From positions 960,001 to 1,024,000 of the forward strand of contig OZ244239.1 in assembly GCA_965217115.1 (NCBI GenBank): a DNA stretch of 64,000 nucleotides, in the 5' to 3' direction. This document shows, piece by piece, positions 1 to 10,844 of this stretch. The notes below the pieces were generated by a model. The model was given only the letters and a program-made list of their open reading frames with translations. It had not been told where the DNA came from and made no database searches. This DNA comes from Bdellovibrionales bacterium (lineage in GTDB: Bacteria; Bdellovibrionota; Bdellovibrionia; Bdellovibrionales; CAYMLA01). Position numbers and translations under genes: made by a program. Within the stretch, counting starts at the first letter, position 1. Every line of letters starts with the position of its first letter.

Positions 1-178
1 CCCGCCGTTGGGCGTCGGTTCCATATTTGATTGTCTTTCTCTCTGTTCCTTTTTCTCTATAAATTTTCTAAGTTTTCCTGAACAAGAAGTTATCCAATTA
101 GCTACACCAGAGAAACAACATTCAGCAGCTGCCATCAATAACTGACCACTTATTTTTTCATTTAATGCCGTCGGATTA

Positions 179-1564
179 TTAATTAAAAGAATTCACAATT
201 TCTTTAAAGTACTGCCCACGTTCTATATAACTATCAAACAAATCAAAACTAGAACACCCAGGGGACAATAACACCTTGTCACCAATGCGAGATTTTTGAA
301 AAGCGACATGAACTGCCTCCTCAAAAGTTCCAATCAAAAAGGTTTCCGATTCATCACCAATATCACGATTAATACGTTCCTTAGCTTCGCCTACAAGAAT
401 CAAAGTTTTCACTTTTTGTCGAACCACTTGGCGTAGAGGTTCATAGTTTAAATTTGTGTCTTTTCCTCCCGCAATTAAAATTACATTTTCATTAAAGGAC
501 TCTAGCGCTCTGAGAACAGAGTGAACATTCGTTGCCTTAGAATCATTGTAAAACTCTACTCCTCCAATTTTTTTCACATATTCAAGACGATGGGCTATTC
601 CACGAAATTTTGACATAATGCTCTCAATGGCCTCTCTCGTAGCCCCGTGCTCTTTTGCTGCCAACATAGCAGCCATAAAGTTTTCAACAGAGTGTGGCCC
701 TTTCATTTTTAAGCCCTCAATAGAAAATCTCTCAATCTCAGGCCCCGTACGCACACGCACCTCTTTATCAATATTAACAGCTCCACCTATATTCATAATC
801 TGAGATTCTAACGATGGTTTGCGAGAAAAATAAAATATTCGCCCACGCTGAACAGAGAGGTCACGAGCTAACTCAACAACCGCATTGTCATCGGCATTTA
901 AAATACTTGTCGTAGCTTGATTCGTATTTAAAAAGATCCTTCTCTTTGCATTGATATAATCCTCCATTGATTTATGGCGGTCCAAATGGTTTTCAGCTAA
1001 ATTTGTAAAAACGATGTTTGAAGGACAAAATGTTTCCACATGCTCCAGCATAAAACTGGATACTTCCATAATGACAACATCCGATTTCTCTTCTTTCAAT
1101 AAATATTCAGTTGCTGGCAAGCCATAGTTTCCACCCAACCAGACTTTTTTTCCTGATTCCTTCAAAAACAATTCTATTAACTTAGATGTTGTCGTCTTTC
1201 CATTTGTTCCCGTCACGGCAATAATCGGCTCTTTTATGAATTGAGCTGAAAATTCAAATTCCCCCGTAACCTTCACACCATTGTTACGAGCATAATCAAA
1301 TATTTTAAGCTGAGGATTAATTCCTGGGCTTAAAACAATCAAATCCTGTTGTAAAAATGTCTTTGGCGAATGTCCACCTAAATCGTAGTTCACGATATAA
1401 CCTTCCAAAGCATCCAAAGCCGTTGATAATTCAGGCTTAGATTTATGATCACTAATTGTAACCTCCGCTTCATAGCGAACTAAAAATTTGACCAAAGACA
1501 CACCTGAACGTCCAAGCCCAACGATTAAAATTTTCTTTCCTTTTAAATCACCTACTTCCATCAT
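179..1564 (-). CDS. murD: UDP-N-acetylmuramoyl-L-alanine--D-glutamate ligase
   Basis: GLGRSG N-terminus, VTGTNGKTTT P-loop, HRLE and NDSKATN motifs, LLSPGCSSFD C-terminus; dcw context. Confidence 0.97.
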   Translation of the reverse strand: MMEVGDLKGKKILIVGLGRSGVSLVKFLVRYEAEVTISDHKSKPELSTALDALEGYIVNYDLGGHSPKTFLQQDLIVLSPGINPQLKIFDYARNNGVKVTGEFEFSAQFIKEPIIAVTGTNGKTTTSKLIELFLKESGKKVWLGGNYGLPATEYLLKEEKSDVVIMEVSSFMLEHVETFCPSNIVFTNLAENHLDRHKSMEDYINAKRRIFLNTNQATTSILNADDNAVVELARDLSVQRGRIFYFSRKPSLESQIMNIGGAVNIDKEVRVRTGPEIERFSIEGLKMKGPHSVENFMAAMLAAKEHGATREAIESIMSKFRGIAHRLEYVKKIGGVEFYNDSKATNVHSVLRALESFNENVILIAGGKDTNLNYEPLRQVVRQKVKTLILVGEAKERINRDIGDESETFLIGTFEEAVHVAFQKSRIGDKVLLSPGCSSFDLFDSYIERGQYFKEIVNSFN

Positions 1565-1571
1565 TTTTGCC

Positions 1572-2648
1572 TTACCTCAACTTTAATGTACTAATGCTTA
1601 AAATAGCTAACAATATAGAAACAATCCAAAAACGGATAATAATCTTTGATTCATCTAGCCCCTTCAATTCAAAATGATGATGGATAGGAGCCATCTTAAA
1701 AACCCTCTTTCCTGTCAGTTTAAAAGAAATCACCTGAGTGATCACCGACAGAGCTTCAACAACAAAAATTCCTCCAAGTAAAACCAAAAGCAATTCATTC
1801 TTACTCAAAATAGCCATAATTCCCAGAAAACCACCCAAGCTGAGACTTCCTACATCACCCATAAAAACTTGAGCTGGATAAGAATTAAACCAAAGAAATC
1901 CCAGCCCTGCAGCGACAACCGTTGCACAAAAAGGCGCCAATTCACCAGCACCTGCTACATACGGGATCTGTAAGTACTCAGCTAAAATAAAATGCCCAGC
2001 AACATAAGCAAACAAAGCAAACGTTCCCGCGCAAACTATCACTGGGAAAATTGCCAAACCGTCCAACCCATCAGTCAAATTAACACTATTGGCACAACCC
2101 ACAACCACAAAGGTCGCAAAAGGAATATAAAGAACCCCTAAATCAAACACTAGATTTTTAAAAAATGGCACATGAAGCTCAGTGGAAAATTCACAAAAAT
2201 AAACCAGATAAGAAACAACCAATCCACTGATTAGAAACTCCACTAGTAAGCGAATTCTACCTGAGAGTCCTTTACTTCCTTTTTGCTGAACTTTCATCGA
2301 ATCATCAATATAACCAATCACTCCAAAACTAAAAGTGACTATCAGAGCTGCCCACACCAAGGGGTTAAAGAGATCCATCCACATCAAACAAGGAATTAGC
2401 ACACTTAGTAAAATTAAACCTCCACCCATCGTGGGAGTTCCTGTCTTCTTTAAATGTGACTCGGGCCCATCATCGCGGATAGTTTGCTTCATTTGCTTGC
2501 GAACCAAACGACGAATAAAACGAGGACCCGACAACCAAATAAGAAAAAAAGCCGTAAAAAAAGAAATGAACGTACGGAAAGTAATATATCGAAAAATATT
2601 AAAGCCAGATATCTGCTCCGACAAAGAATAGAGCCACTGATACAACAT
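1572..2648 (-). CDS. mraY: Phospho-N-acetylmuramoyl-pentapeptide transferase
   Basis: [32 protein letters not shown] motifs; multi-TM. Confidence 0.98.
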   Translation of the reverse strand: MLYQWLYSLSEQISGFNIFRYITFRTFISFFTAFFLIWLSGPRFIRRLVRKQMKQTIRDDGPESHLKKTGTPTMGGGLILLSVLIPCLMWMDLFNPLVWAALIVTFSFGVIGYIDDSMKVQQKGSKGLSGRIRLLVEFLISGLVVSYLVYFCEFSTELHVPFFKNLVFDLGVLYIPFATFVVVGCANSVNLTDGLDGLAIFPVIVCAGTFALFAYVAGHFILAEYLQIPYVAGAGELAPFCATVVAAGLGFLWFNSYPAQVFMGDVGSLSLGGFLGIMAILSKNELLLVLLGGIFVVEALSVITQVISFKLTGKRVFKMAPIHHHFELKGLDESKIIIRFWIVSILLAILSISTLKLR

Positions 2649-2749
2649 GAATTCCCAACTCCTCTAGATCAAGATTCAGACCCTAGCATAAAAGGCTTAG
2701 CTATAGCAAGGGGGAATAATGGGCAAAACACTCTATATGTTTGATATTA

Positions 2750-3403
2750 TTAAAAAAATCCCCCTTGATTTCCCTGATTATTCTCAAAAAAATCAAAATC
2801 AATGCTGATAGCTGCCGCTAATATAATTGCTTTCTGTGATGATTCCCAGCTCCAATCACCAAAATCAATGGAAAAGCTGTCTGCATCACTAAAGGCTTCC
2901 TTCAGCAGTCCCTGCCATTTTTTATTAATTTCTCCGATTTTCTGATGACGGTTATTAAAAACCGAAAAGCGCCATAACTGCCATAATGGAGAACTAATAC
3001 GACCAAAAATATTTCCATCTCTCTCGACAAGGTCATACTTTTTATACAATAACCCAAAACGGCGACGGACACACCCTATATACTGTCCTCTGTCATCCAT
3101 AACGTTTAACTCAGAAAACAAAAAGAAAAAGTTTCTTGAGAAAAATAGCAGAGGGGATTTTTCGGTATTCATCACATCTATCTCTAAGGACCGATGAGAA
3201 CGTAAAATCCAACGTTTTAACTTCGTTGACCAGTTTCCTCCTCTTTCAACAATAACAGCCAAATGTCCACCGTTAGAATTCAAAAGATTATAATAATTCT
3301 TTGCTTCCCAGTCTATAAGGATCTCCATCCACTCTTTTTTCTGTGAAACAATTAAGCTTTTTTCTAAATCCAATAACTGTTGATATGATATAACTAATTT
3401 CAT
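2750..3403 (-). CDS. Phospholipid scramblase / LURP-one (tubby C-terminal-like) family protein
   Basis: WEAKNYY, IG.INKKWQGLLKEAFSDADSFSIDF and KAIILAAAISIDFDFFE are typical scramblase-family motifs; start moved to ATG 3403 (GAGG upstream, 2 nt after murF stop). Confidence 0.8.
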   Translation of the reverse strand: MKLVISYQQLLDLEKSLIVSQKKEWMEILIDWEAKNYYNLLNSNGGHLAVIVERGGNWSTKLKRWILRSHRSLEIDVMNTEKSPLLFFSRNFFFLFSELNVMDDRGQYIGCVRRRFGLLYKKYDLVERDGNIFGRISSPLWQLWRFSVFNNRHQKIGEINKKWQGLLKEAFSDADSFSIDFGDWSWESSQKAIILAAAISIDFDFFENNQGNQGGFF

Positions 3404-3405
3404 CC

Positions 3406-4815
3406 TCAATCCTTCAAGCCTAATTGCTCTGATACTCCCCATTTTTGCAGAATTCTCTCTAACTTCATTCCACGAGAACCTTTAAGGACAACCAGTTCAA
3501 ACTTATCTAAGCAATTGCCATATTCATCAGCCCACTTTTCTAAAAAAGATTTCGATGAACGAAACTGACCTGAAAAATTAGCCCTCTTCAAACCTTCATT
3601 AAAAGAGACAACACTCTCACCAATGAACCAAATTTCATCGGAATTCTTGCCAGCTAAATATCCAACCTCTTCATGGGCTTTTTCCCTCTCTTGACCCATC
3701 TCTAGCATTTCACCCAAAATAACTAAAGATTTTCGTTCTTTTCTGGAAGTTCTTGCAAGGTTCTGAAAAAGAGCTTTCATGCTTTCTGGATTAGCATTGT
3801 ATCCATCAAAAATAATTTTCGTCTTATCTTTCTTTAAGACTTGATTTCGCCCCCAATAGCTCTGACAAAACTTCAGCCCACACCAAATATCTTCTCCTTC
3901 AAGCCCCACAGACAGAGCTAAAGCACTTGCCGCCATTAAATTTTGTCCATTATGCAAGCCAAAAACATTTACTTCACAAGAGCCTGTAACTCCTCCCACT
4001 CTTCCATCAATACGCAGTGGCTCAAACCCCTGAGCCTTAACATTTAAATTTACATCACAATTCATTTCTTTTTGGCTAAAAGTTTTTATTTGATCATTAG
4101 TATTTTTAAATTTCCCCATCATCTTTAATGTCAAAGGATCATCTAAGTTGAATACTCGTATGATAGAATCTGAATTATGATAAATCTCCTCTTTAGCTTG
4201 AGCCACCTCCTCTAAAGAAGAAAAGAACTCCATATGGGCTCTACCAATATTCAAACACACCACGACATTTGGTTCAGCAATTTCCACTAAACGCGCTAAT
4301 TCACCTTTATGGTTCATGCCCATTTCGCAAATAACTATTTCACTATTTTCCTCGGCTCCAAGTAATGTGAATGGAACTCCCCAATGATTATTAAAACTTC
4401 CTCGACTCTCATGAACTTTTTTAAACTTTTCTATTATTTTTTTTGTAAACTCTTTGGTTGTCGTCTTACCGTTAGAGCCTGTAATACCAATTACTTTAAA
4501 TTTATTACGACGACGCCAGTAGTTTGCTAGATCTTGAAGCCCCCTTAAGGTGTCTCTAACTTTTATCACTGTGACTTTTCGACTCACCTTCACATCAACA
4601 TCTTCATGGACAATCAAACAACTCGCCCCTTTTTCCACTGCTTGTATTAGAAAAAAATGACCATCAAATTGCTCTCCCTTGAGAGCAAAAAATATTTTCC
4701 CCTCTAGATTATTACGCGTGTCACTGCCCGTGCCAGAAAAATCAGTCTGCACCTGAGAGACAACCTCTCCACCTGTATTCTCCTGTAATTCCTTAAGAGT
4801 TAATTTCCATGCCAT
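3406..4815 (-). CDS. murF: UDP-N-acetylmuramoyl-tripeptide--D-Ala-D-Ala ligase
   Basis: ITGSNGKTTTKE, SFNNHWGVP, EMGMNH, DGYNANPESM, LKGSRGMKLE. Confidence 0.97.
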   Translation of the reverse strand: MAWKLTLKELQENTGGEVVSQVQTDFSGTGSDTRNNLEGKIFFALKGEQFDGHFFLIQAVEKGASCLIVHEDVDVKVSRKVTVIKVRDTLRGLQDLANYWRRRNKFKVIGITGSNGKTTTKEFTKKIIEKFKKVHESRGSFNNHWGVPFTLLGAEENSEIVICEMGMNHKGELARLVEIAEPNVVVCLNIGRAHMEFFSSLEEVAQAKEEIYHNSDSIIRVFNLDDPLTLKMMGKFKNTNDQIKTFSQKEMNCDVNLNVKAQGFEPLRIDGRVGGVTGSCEVNVFGLHNGQNLMAASALALSVGLEGEDIWCGLKFCQSYWGRNQVLKKDKTKIIFDGYNANPESMKALFQNLARTSRKERKSLVILGEMLEMGQEREKAHEEVGYLAGKNSDEIWFIGESVVSFNEGLKRANFSGQFRSSKSFLEKWADEYGNCLDKFELVVLKGSRGMKLERILQKWGVSEQLGLKD

Positions 4816-6358
4816 GTAAACATTCCTTCGCTACGAAATAATCACTAAAAGCCCGTATTTCTTCACCAATCACCTGCTCTTCTTCGTGCCCCTTACCTAC
4901 GATCACAATTACATCTCCCTTCTGAGATTCTTGCAAAGCCATGTAAATAGCCTTTTTCCTTGAGACCTCTTGAACCACACAGCTTTTAACATACTTTTGA
5001 GAAAAACCCACCAACACATCTGCCATAATCTCCAGTGGTTCCTCTCCCCTTGGGTTGTCTGATGTTAAAAATACTCTGTCTGCAGTTTTTTCTGAAGTTT
5101 TTGCCATAAGAGGTCTTTTCTTTTTATCCCGCTCTCCACCACAACCAAAAACAACTGTTATTGTACACCCTTCAACACCTATGCTCTGTCTTAATTGATG
5201 AAAACTTGATAACACTTTCTCTAAAGCATCAGGAGTATGAGCATAATCAACAAAAACACTCCTATCACAAGAATTTGGTACGGCTTGCAACCTTCCTGGG
5301 ACTCCTTGAAATTGTCGCAAACCCTCTGCACATACTTCTAAACCAACTCCTCCTGCCACAGCCACCGCTAAAGCGGCAACTGCATTTTGAATATTAAAAG
5401 AACCAATTACAGGTAATGAAATTTTAACACTTCCTATCGGGGTTTTTACCTGAAACTGACTTTTTGAAAAATCCTGAAAGCTGATTTTATAGGAAAAATC
5501 ATCTCTGGCTTTTCCATGATTCTCTCCATAACTCCAAATCTCAACATTTTTAACACTTTTTACTACATTTATCATTTCATCAGCATAAAGATCATCTCTA
5601 TGAATGATTGCATATTTCTTTTTTTTATTGGAGCTCATTAAGAAGTAAGAAAATAACAGTTTTTTTGCTGAAAAATAATTTTGCATATTTTTATGATAAT
5701 CTAAATGATCCTGGGTTAAATTTGTAAAAACTCCCACATTAAAGTTTACAGCTTCCACTCTTTTCTGCATTAGCGCGTGACTGGAAACCTCCATGACCAC
5801 TGACTTAGCTCCCTGTTTTTTAAATTCAGCTAATCGCGAGTGCAAAGTTAACGAGTCTGAAGTCGTCAATTTCGATGACCAAGTTTTTTCTACGATCTTT
5901 CCAAAATTAACGCTTTTAATATGATGATCCAGAGTTCCCATAACACCCGTCGTTATTTTTGCATAGTTTAAAATACTCTCAAGCATATAAACTATCGTGG
6001 TCTTGCCATTAGTTCCTGTAATCCCCACACAAAAAAGTTCATCTGTTGGACAGTCTTCACTTTTATGGGCCAAGTGAGCTAAAGCTAAACGACTATCACT
6101 AACTTGCAAGATTTTTCCTTTGTAGTCTGTGGATATCTGACTTGTATCTTCAACAACAAGACCCGTGGCCCCTCTACGACAAGCTTCTTCAAGAAAATCA
6201 TGCCCATCAAAACGTTCACCTTTAATTGCAACAAAAATATCACTTTCTTGAAATTTCCGACTATCAGCACAAATACGAATAACCTTCACTTGCTTTCTTA
6301 CACAAGCTAAAAAATCACTTACGGAATTTAGAATATTCTGAGTCTCCATTATAATCAC
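4793..6358 (-). CDS. murE: UDP-N-acetylmuramoyl-L-Ala-D-Glu--meso-DAP ligase
   Basis: ITGTNGKTT, MEVSSHAL, FTNLTQDHLDYH, DYAHTPDAL, DNPR (DAP-type) motif, GKGHE. Confidence 0.97.
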   Translation of the reverse strand: MIIMETQNILNSVSDFLACVRKQVKVIRICADSRKFQESDIFVAIKGERFDGHDFLEEACRRGATGLVVEDTSQISTDYKGKILQVSDSRLALAHLAHKSEDCPTDELFCVGITGTNGKTTIVYMLESILNYAKITTGVMGTLDHHIKSVNFGKIVEKTWSSKLTTSDSLTLHSRLAEFKKQGAKSVVMEVSSHALMQKRVEAVNFNVGVFTNLTQDHLDYHKNMQNYFSAKKLLFSYFLMSSNKKKKYAIIHRDDLYADEMINVVKSVKNVEIWSYGENHGKARDDFSYKISFQDFSKSQFQVKTPIGSVKISLPVIGSFNIQNAVAALAVAVAGGVGLEVCAEGLRQFQGVPGRLQAVPNSCDRSVFVDYAHTPDALEKVLSSFHQLRQSIGVEGCTITVVFGCGGERDKKKRPLMAKTSEKTADRVFLTSDNPRGEEPLEIMADVLVGFSQKYVKSCVVQEVSRKKAIYMALQESQKGDVIVIVGKGHEEEQVIGEEIRAFSDYFVAKECLHGMEINS

Positions 6359-8296
6359 TTACTCTAAAAAGATTTTTACAGTTTTATTTTTAGGGATTAA
6401 ATTTCCCGCTTTTGGACTCATAGAACTCACTCGACCTCTCCCTCTGACCCTGACTTTAATATCACTACCACTCAAGATTTTTAAAACTTCTCTTAAGGTT
6501 AATTTTTTTAAATCAGGAATTTTACTCAATTTCTCTTTACGATACTTTAAGCTTCGACGAATACTCTGTATAGCTCTCGTCTGGAGAAATGAACGTGTTT
6601 TTTTTATCACCTTTTCCGGAGAGATATTTTTCTCATTCAACCGCGTCGGGAGTAAACCATAATTGCGCACAGCAAAGGAGGCCACCTTAGAAAAGATAGG
6701 AGCCGCCACTTGAGAACCATAATAGCTTTCTTTCGGATTATCTACAGCAACATAAATAACAAATCGCGGTTTCTTAGCTGGAATAAATCCTGCAAAACTT
6801 GAAATATATGCTCCCCTTAAATAACCACGTCCCTTGGGATTGACCTTCTGTGCTGTTCCTGTTTTTCCTGAAACGACAAACCCTTTCACTCGTCCATTTA
6901 CACCAGTTCCTCCATTCTCAGTCGCTTTAGTAAGCATCATTTTTATCTTTTCAGCATTTTCTCTCGACAGAACACGACGAATTTCATGGGGACGAGAACC
7001 CTCAGGTAATTTAACTAAAGATGGCTTTAATAGAACCCCGCCATTGGCTATAGCCCCATAAGCATTCGCCACCTGCAGAGGGGTCACAGCAATACCGTGG
7101 CCAAAAGAAACATTGCTTAAAAGATGCTTATGCCAAGGTAACTTTTTCACAATTCCTTTAGCTTCCCCGGGAAAAATAATTCCTGTTTTTTTTCCAAAAC
7201 CAAAATTTAGAAGAGTTTTTTGTAAACGTTCACTACCCAAGTCAAAAGCTATTTTTGTTGTTCCTATATTTGATGACTTTGCCAAAATTTGACTTACAGT
7301 TAAATTTTTAAAGGAATGCTTGCGATCAGCTTCACGAATGACTCTTCGGCCAATACGCATTTCCCCATCTTCACAATAATAGGTAGACTCAGGAGAAACT
7401 ATTTTTTCATGTAAAGCTCCCGAAATTACAAATGTTTTCATTGTACTACCAGGTTCAAATATATCAGTAACAACACGGTTTCTACGTGAAAAACCTGCTC
7501 GTTTTCTTATGTGATTAGGGTTAAAATCAGGAACTGAAGCCATTGCCAAAATTTCAGAGGTTTGTGCATCTAGCACTATCCCTACTGCCGAATCCGCCTT
7601 ATACGTTTTCACAGAACGTCCAAGCTCTTTTTGTAACACATACTGAATCTCACTATCAATTGATAGATGAACATCTTCTCCATCACGAATCGAATTAAAT
7701 AGATATTCTCCCTCAACTAAAGAACGCCCACGGGCATCCTTAAGGACTTCTACTTTTCTTTCATCCCCCTGTAGGATTGAATTATATTGTCTCTCTAAGC
7801 CTTCTAAGCCTTTATCTCTTCCAACAAAGCCCAAAACCTGTCCCAGTAAACTCTCGTTAGGGTACAATCTCTTAGGTTCTTTTATAAACCCCAACCCTCG
7901 GATTTTCCAAGATTTAACAAGATTGTATTCTTTCTTATTCAAATATCTTTTAACCCAAATAAAACGACGTTGCCTTTTTTCTCTTATTTTTTTTAATATT
8001 TTACTTCGAGATATTTTCAAATAACGAGAGATCTTTTTGGCCACTGACGAGGGGTTTTTTATCAATTTAGGATCTGCAAATAAAGAATAGGACGTTACAG
8101 AAAAAGCCAACGGCTTACCTCGACGATCATAAATTCCCCCTCTCTTAGAGCGCAAAACCACTGTGCGATTAAATTGCTTGTTTTTAAGGCTCTGTAACCT
8201 CTCGTTAGGAAAAATTTGTAAAAACCCTGCACGGCTCACTAATAATATCCATAAAGATATCACGATAATAAAAAGACTCAATAAACGTCCTTTCAA
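6359..8296 (-). CDS. ftsI: Class B penicillin-binding protein (FtsI/PBP3) with C-terminal PASTA domain
   Basis: RGGIYDR, EPGSTMK (SxxK), SSN (SxN), KTGTAQK; N-terminal TM; dcw position. Confidence 0.93.
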   Translation of the reverse strand: MKGRLLSLFIIVISLWILLVSRAGFLQIFPNERLQSLKNKQFNRTVVLRSKRGGIYDRRGKPLAFSVTSYSLFADPKLIKNPSSVAKKISRYLKISRSKILKKIREKRQRRFIWVKRYLNKKEYNLVKSWKIRGLGFIKEPKRLYPNESLLGQVLGFVGRDKGLEGLERQYNSILQGDERKVEVLKDARGRSLVEGEYLFNSIRDGEDVHLSIDSEIQYVLQKELGRSVKTYKADSAVGIVLDAQTSEILAMASVPDFNPNHIRKRAGFSRRNRVVTDIFEPGSTMKTFVISGALHEKIVSPESTYYCEDGEMRIGRRVIREADRKHSFKNLTVSQILAKSSNIGTTKIAFDLGSERLQKTLLNFGFGKKTGIIFPGEAKGIVKKLPWHKHLLSNVSFGHGIAVTPLQVANAYGAIANGGVLLKPSLVKLPEGSRPHEIRRVLSRENAEKIKMMLTKATENGGTGVNGRVKGFVVSGKTGTAQKVNPKGRGYLRGAYISSFAGFIPAKKPRFVIYVAVDNPKESYYGSQVAAPIFSKVASFAVRNYGLLPTRLNEKNISPEKVIKKTRSFLQTRAIQSIRRSLKYRKEKLSKIPDLKKLTLREVLKILSGSDIKVRVRGRGRVSSMSPKAGNLIPKNKTVKIFLE

Positions 8297-8297
8297 C

Positions 8298-8618
8298 TCA
8301 GAGCCCCTTCTTATCTGTTCTGTCTATCACTAATTTTGAATCTGTTAATAGAATAATCTGGTTATTTCCTGCATTTTTAAGAGTAAAATTACTCTTAGCC
8401 AATTGCTCTACAAACTGAGGACGACGCTTTTTTGCTAATTGCATAACTTGCAATTGTTCTTCCTCTTTTAACTGACTCAGCTCTCTCATTAATTTTAATA
8501 ACTGATACCCCTGATGTCGCATTTCCATCTTTACAAATACAATAAGAAACAATGTAAAAACAATTATTAAAACTCCGATTATTGGTTTAAAATTTTTTAT
8601 CTTATCATCCATCAACAC
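8298..8618 (-). CDS. ftsL: Cell division protein FtsL-like
   Basis: Single TM followed by coiled coil, between rsmH and ftsI. Confidence 0.75.
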   Translation of the reverse strand: MLMDDKIKNFKPIIGVLIIVFTLFLIVFVKMEMRHQGYQLLKLMRELSQLKEEEQLQVMQLAKKRRPQFVEQLAKSNFTLKNAGNNQIILLTDSKLVIDRTDKKGL

Positions 8619-9618
8619 TCCTTTTTTTAGGAATCCCTTTCTGAAAAGCTCTTAGCCTTGCGCTCCGTGATCGAGGGTTCTCGTTAACTTCTTCCTCTGA
8701 AGCGACAACGGCCTTACGATTTAGCAAACAACCTTTATCTTGATTTTGCTGAAACAGACTCTTTACTAAACGATCCTCCAAAGAGTGGAAGGATATCACC
8801 ACCAAACGCCCTCCTTCACTAAGGTGCTTTATAAGCAGAGGCACCGTTTGGCGAATAGCATCCAATTCTCCGTTGACCTCCATACGAAGCGCCATGAAAT
8901 AAAGTGTCGCTGGATGATGTCCTTTCTTCTTCCATCCATCTACCTTTTCAATCAATTTAGATAATTCCATTGTTGTAGAGAGTATCTTTTGCTCGCGCAT
9001 CTCTATAATCTTACGAACAACTCTTTCCGGAGATCGAATTTCTCCTAAATCACGAAATATTTGCCATAGGTTTTCTTCAGAATAATTATTGATCACATCA
9101 ACAGCTGTTAATTTTTGGTTCTGATTCATACGCATATCTAGAGGACCGTCTTGATAAAAGCTAAAACCCCTTTGATTTTTATCTAATTGAGGTGAACTCA
9201 CTCCTAAATCTAAGAGCATTAAATCATACTCTAATGGAATCTTTTTCTGATCGATCAAATTATAAAAATCAGAAAAATCTGCCTGTAAAATCTGTAGAAC
9301 ACCCTGGGTAATTTGTTGAGAAAAATTCTTTTTGCCATACTCCACAGCTTCGGAGTCCTTATCCAAGGCCGTAATATGAATTCCTGGAAATTCCTGTTGT
9401 ACAAGACGCAAATGTCCACCTCGTCCAAAAGTTCCATCAAAATAAGTTTTTGGAATAAACAGCGTCTCTTCAAATTTAATTTTATATTTATTAAGCCTGG
9501 GCAAACGAGCTCGATACTCCCCTTTAAAAACACCCAAAACCTCCTGACCTAAAACAGGGATGTGCTTTGAGATGCTCTCTTTATCACTCACTTTCATACT
9601 CACTCTCATCAACATCAT
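8605..9618 (-). CDS. rsmH: 16S rRNA m4C1402 methyltransferase
   Basis: HIPVL, DGTFGRGGH, DLGVSSPQLD, PLDMRM, ISFHSLEDR, NPRSRSARLR; true start may be a few codons downstream. Confidence 0.97.
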   Translation of the reverse strand: MMLMRVSMKVSDKESISKHIPVLGQEVLGVFKGEYRARLPRLNKYKIKFEETLFIPKTYFDGTFGRGGHLRLVQQEFPGIHITALDKDSEAVEYGKKNFSQQITQGVLQILQADFSDFYNLIDQKKIPLEYDLMLLDLGVSSPQLDKNQRGFSFYQDGPLDMRMNQNQKLTAVDVINNYSEENLWQIFRDLGEIRSPERVVRKIIEMREQKILSTTMELSKLIEKVDGWKKKGHHPATLYFMALRMEVNGELDAIRQTVPLLIKHLSEGGRLVVISFHSLEDRLVKSLFQQNQDKGCLLNRKAVVASEEEVNENPRSRSARLRAFQKGIPKKRSVDG

Positions 9619-9700
9619 AATTTCGCATTTAAAAAAATCCTCAAATCTTCAACCAACCCATCTGATGCAATGCGGCCAATCCTTGTAAGACTATGTTTTT

Positions 9701-9729
9701 ATTGTAATTTCTAGGTATTGCGGGGTCAA
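9701..9729 (-). promoter_or_regulatory. Sigma-70-type promoter for the dcw operon
   Basis: Minus strand reads TTGACC-N17-TACAAT about 80 nt upstream of rsmH. Confidence 0.65.
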
Positions 9730-9896
9730 GTCACAGACCTCATACAGGAAGTTTTTATAAAGAATTAGCCCAAGGCATAGTCTTGTATCATTCAAACACA
9801 GACGTAAGTGCTCTTATTACTCTGGACCTTCTTTACTATTGTGCTAGTCTTTAGGGTAGTATCTATGTTTGTCACTTTATTTGAGAGTTTTTTCCT

Positions 9897-10844
9897 ATGA
9901 TTAAATGTCCTAAGTGCAACTTCGAGCAACCACAGGATCAATACTGTGCAAAATGTGGCATTGATATATTCAATTACACAGCCCCTTCTCCTTCCCTATT
10001 TAAAAGAGCCGCAACTAACTCTGTTTTTCATATTAGTTTATTTATCGCTATTGTTATTAGTGTCATCACCTGGGTTCAGAATGACAGACAAGAAGAACTT
10101 CGATCTCGGGTTGCTTTCTTACAAGGGCAATCCAGTAGTCAAAATTCCACAGAGGTTCAAGTAGATAATCAAGTTCAGAAAAAACTCATTTCACAACAAA
10201 ATCTTCCTAAAAAAAAATCGTCACCGATAGCTAAGACAAATCCAGCACTGGCAAATCGATTTATTGCAAAATCTAAACAAAGCACTTCTCCAACAGGTGC
10301 TTCTATTTACTTTGTAGAAATTAGCCATACTTCTTTACAAAATCTTCTTGATAATTCTCAAAATCCATCTCAAGACTTTAGTAATTTTAAAACAATTAAA
10401 GTTTCAAAGTTATTTTCTCAATTACAAAAAGGTCTAGGATCTAACTCCATTAAAGTGTTACATAAAATAACCAAGAGACTTAGTTTTCAACCTAATCAAT
10501 GGTTTCTAGGCGCTGAGGGGGTCACTGGTGACGACGATATTGGTTTAACAACATTACTTACTTATCAATCCTACGGATCTTTTCCTATTGAAGGGGAAAT
10601 AGAACTGCTGACCTCATTCTATAGTAATTTTCAAGATGAGTACCCGGTTAAAGAGTCTTTTCAAGACAATTTTTCCCTTAATCAAAATCAAGGTCTTTTA
10701 ATTACAGGAGTTATTCTCCCACGAAAGCTGAATGGGGAAGAGCAAGAACTCTATAAACAGTCTATTTTGAAAATTTTTCTTTCAGAAAAATTTCAAAATA
10801 AACGCTCGTTTTTCGCCATTGCCATCATTATCCATTCAGACTAA
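9897..10844 (+). CDS. Hypothetical membrane-anchored protein with N-terminal zinc ribbon
   Basis: CPKC...YCAKC, then one TM helix, low-complexity linker and a globular C-terminal part. Confidence 0.7.
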   Translation: MIKCPKCNFEQPQDQYCAKCGIDIFNYTAPSPSLFKRAATNSVFHISLFIAIVISVITWVQNDRQEELRSRVAFLQGQSSSQNSTEVQVDNQVQKKLISQQNLPKKKSSPIAKTNPALANRFIAKSKQSTSPTGASIYFVEISHTSLQNLLDNSQNPSQDFSNFKTIKVSKLFSQLQKGLGSNSIKVLHKITKRLSFQPNQWFLGAEGVTGDDDIGLTTLLTYQSYGSFPIEGEIELLTSFYSNFQDEYPVKESFQDNFSLNQNQGLLITGVILPRKLNGEEQELYKQSILKIFLSEKFQNKRSFFAIAIIIHSD

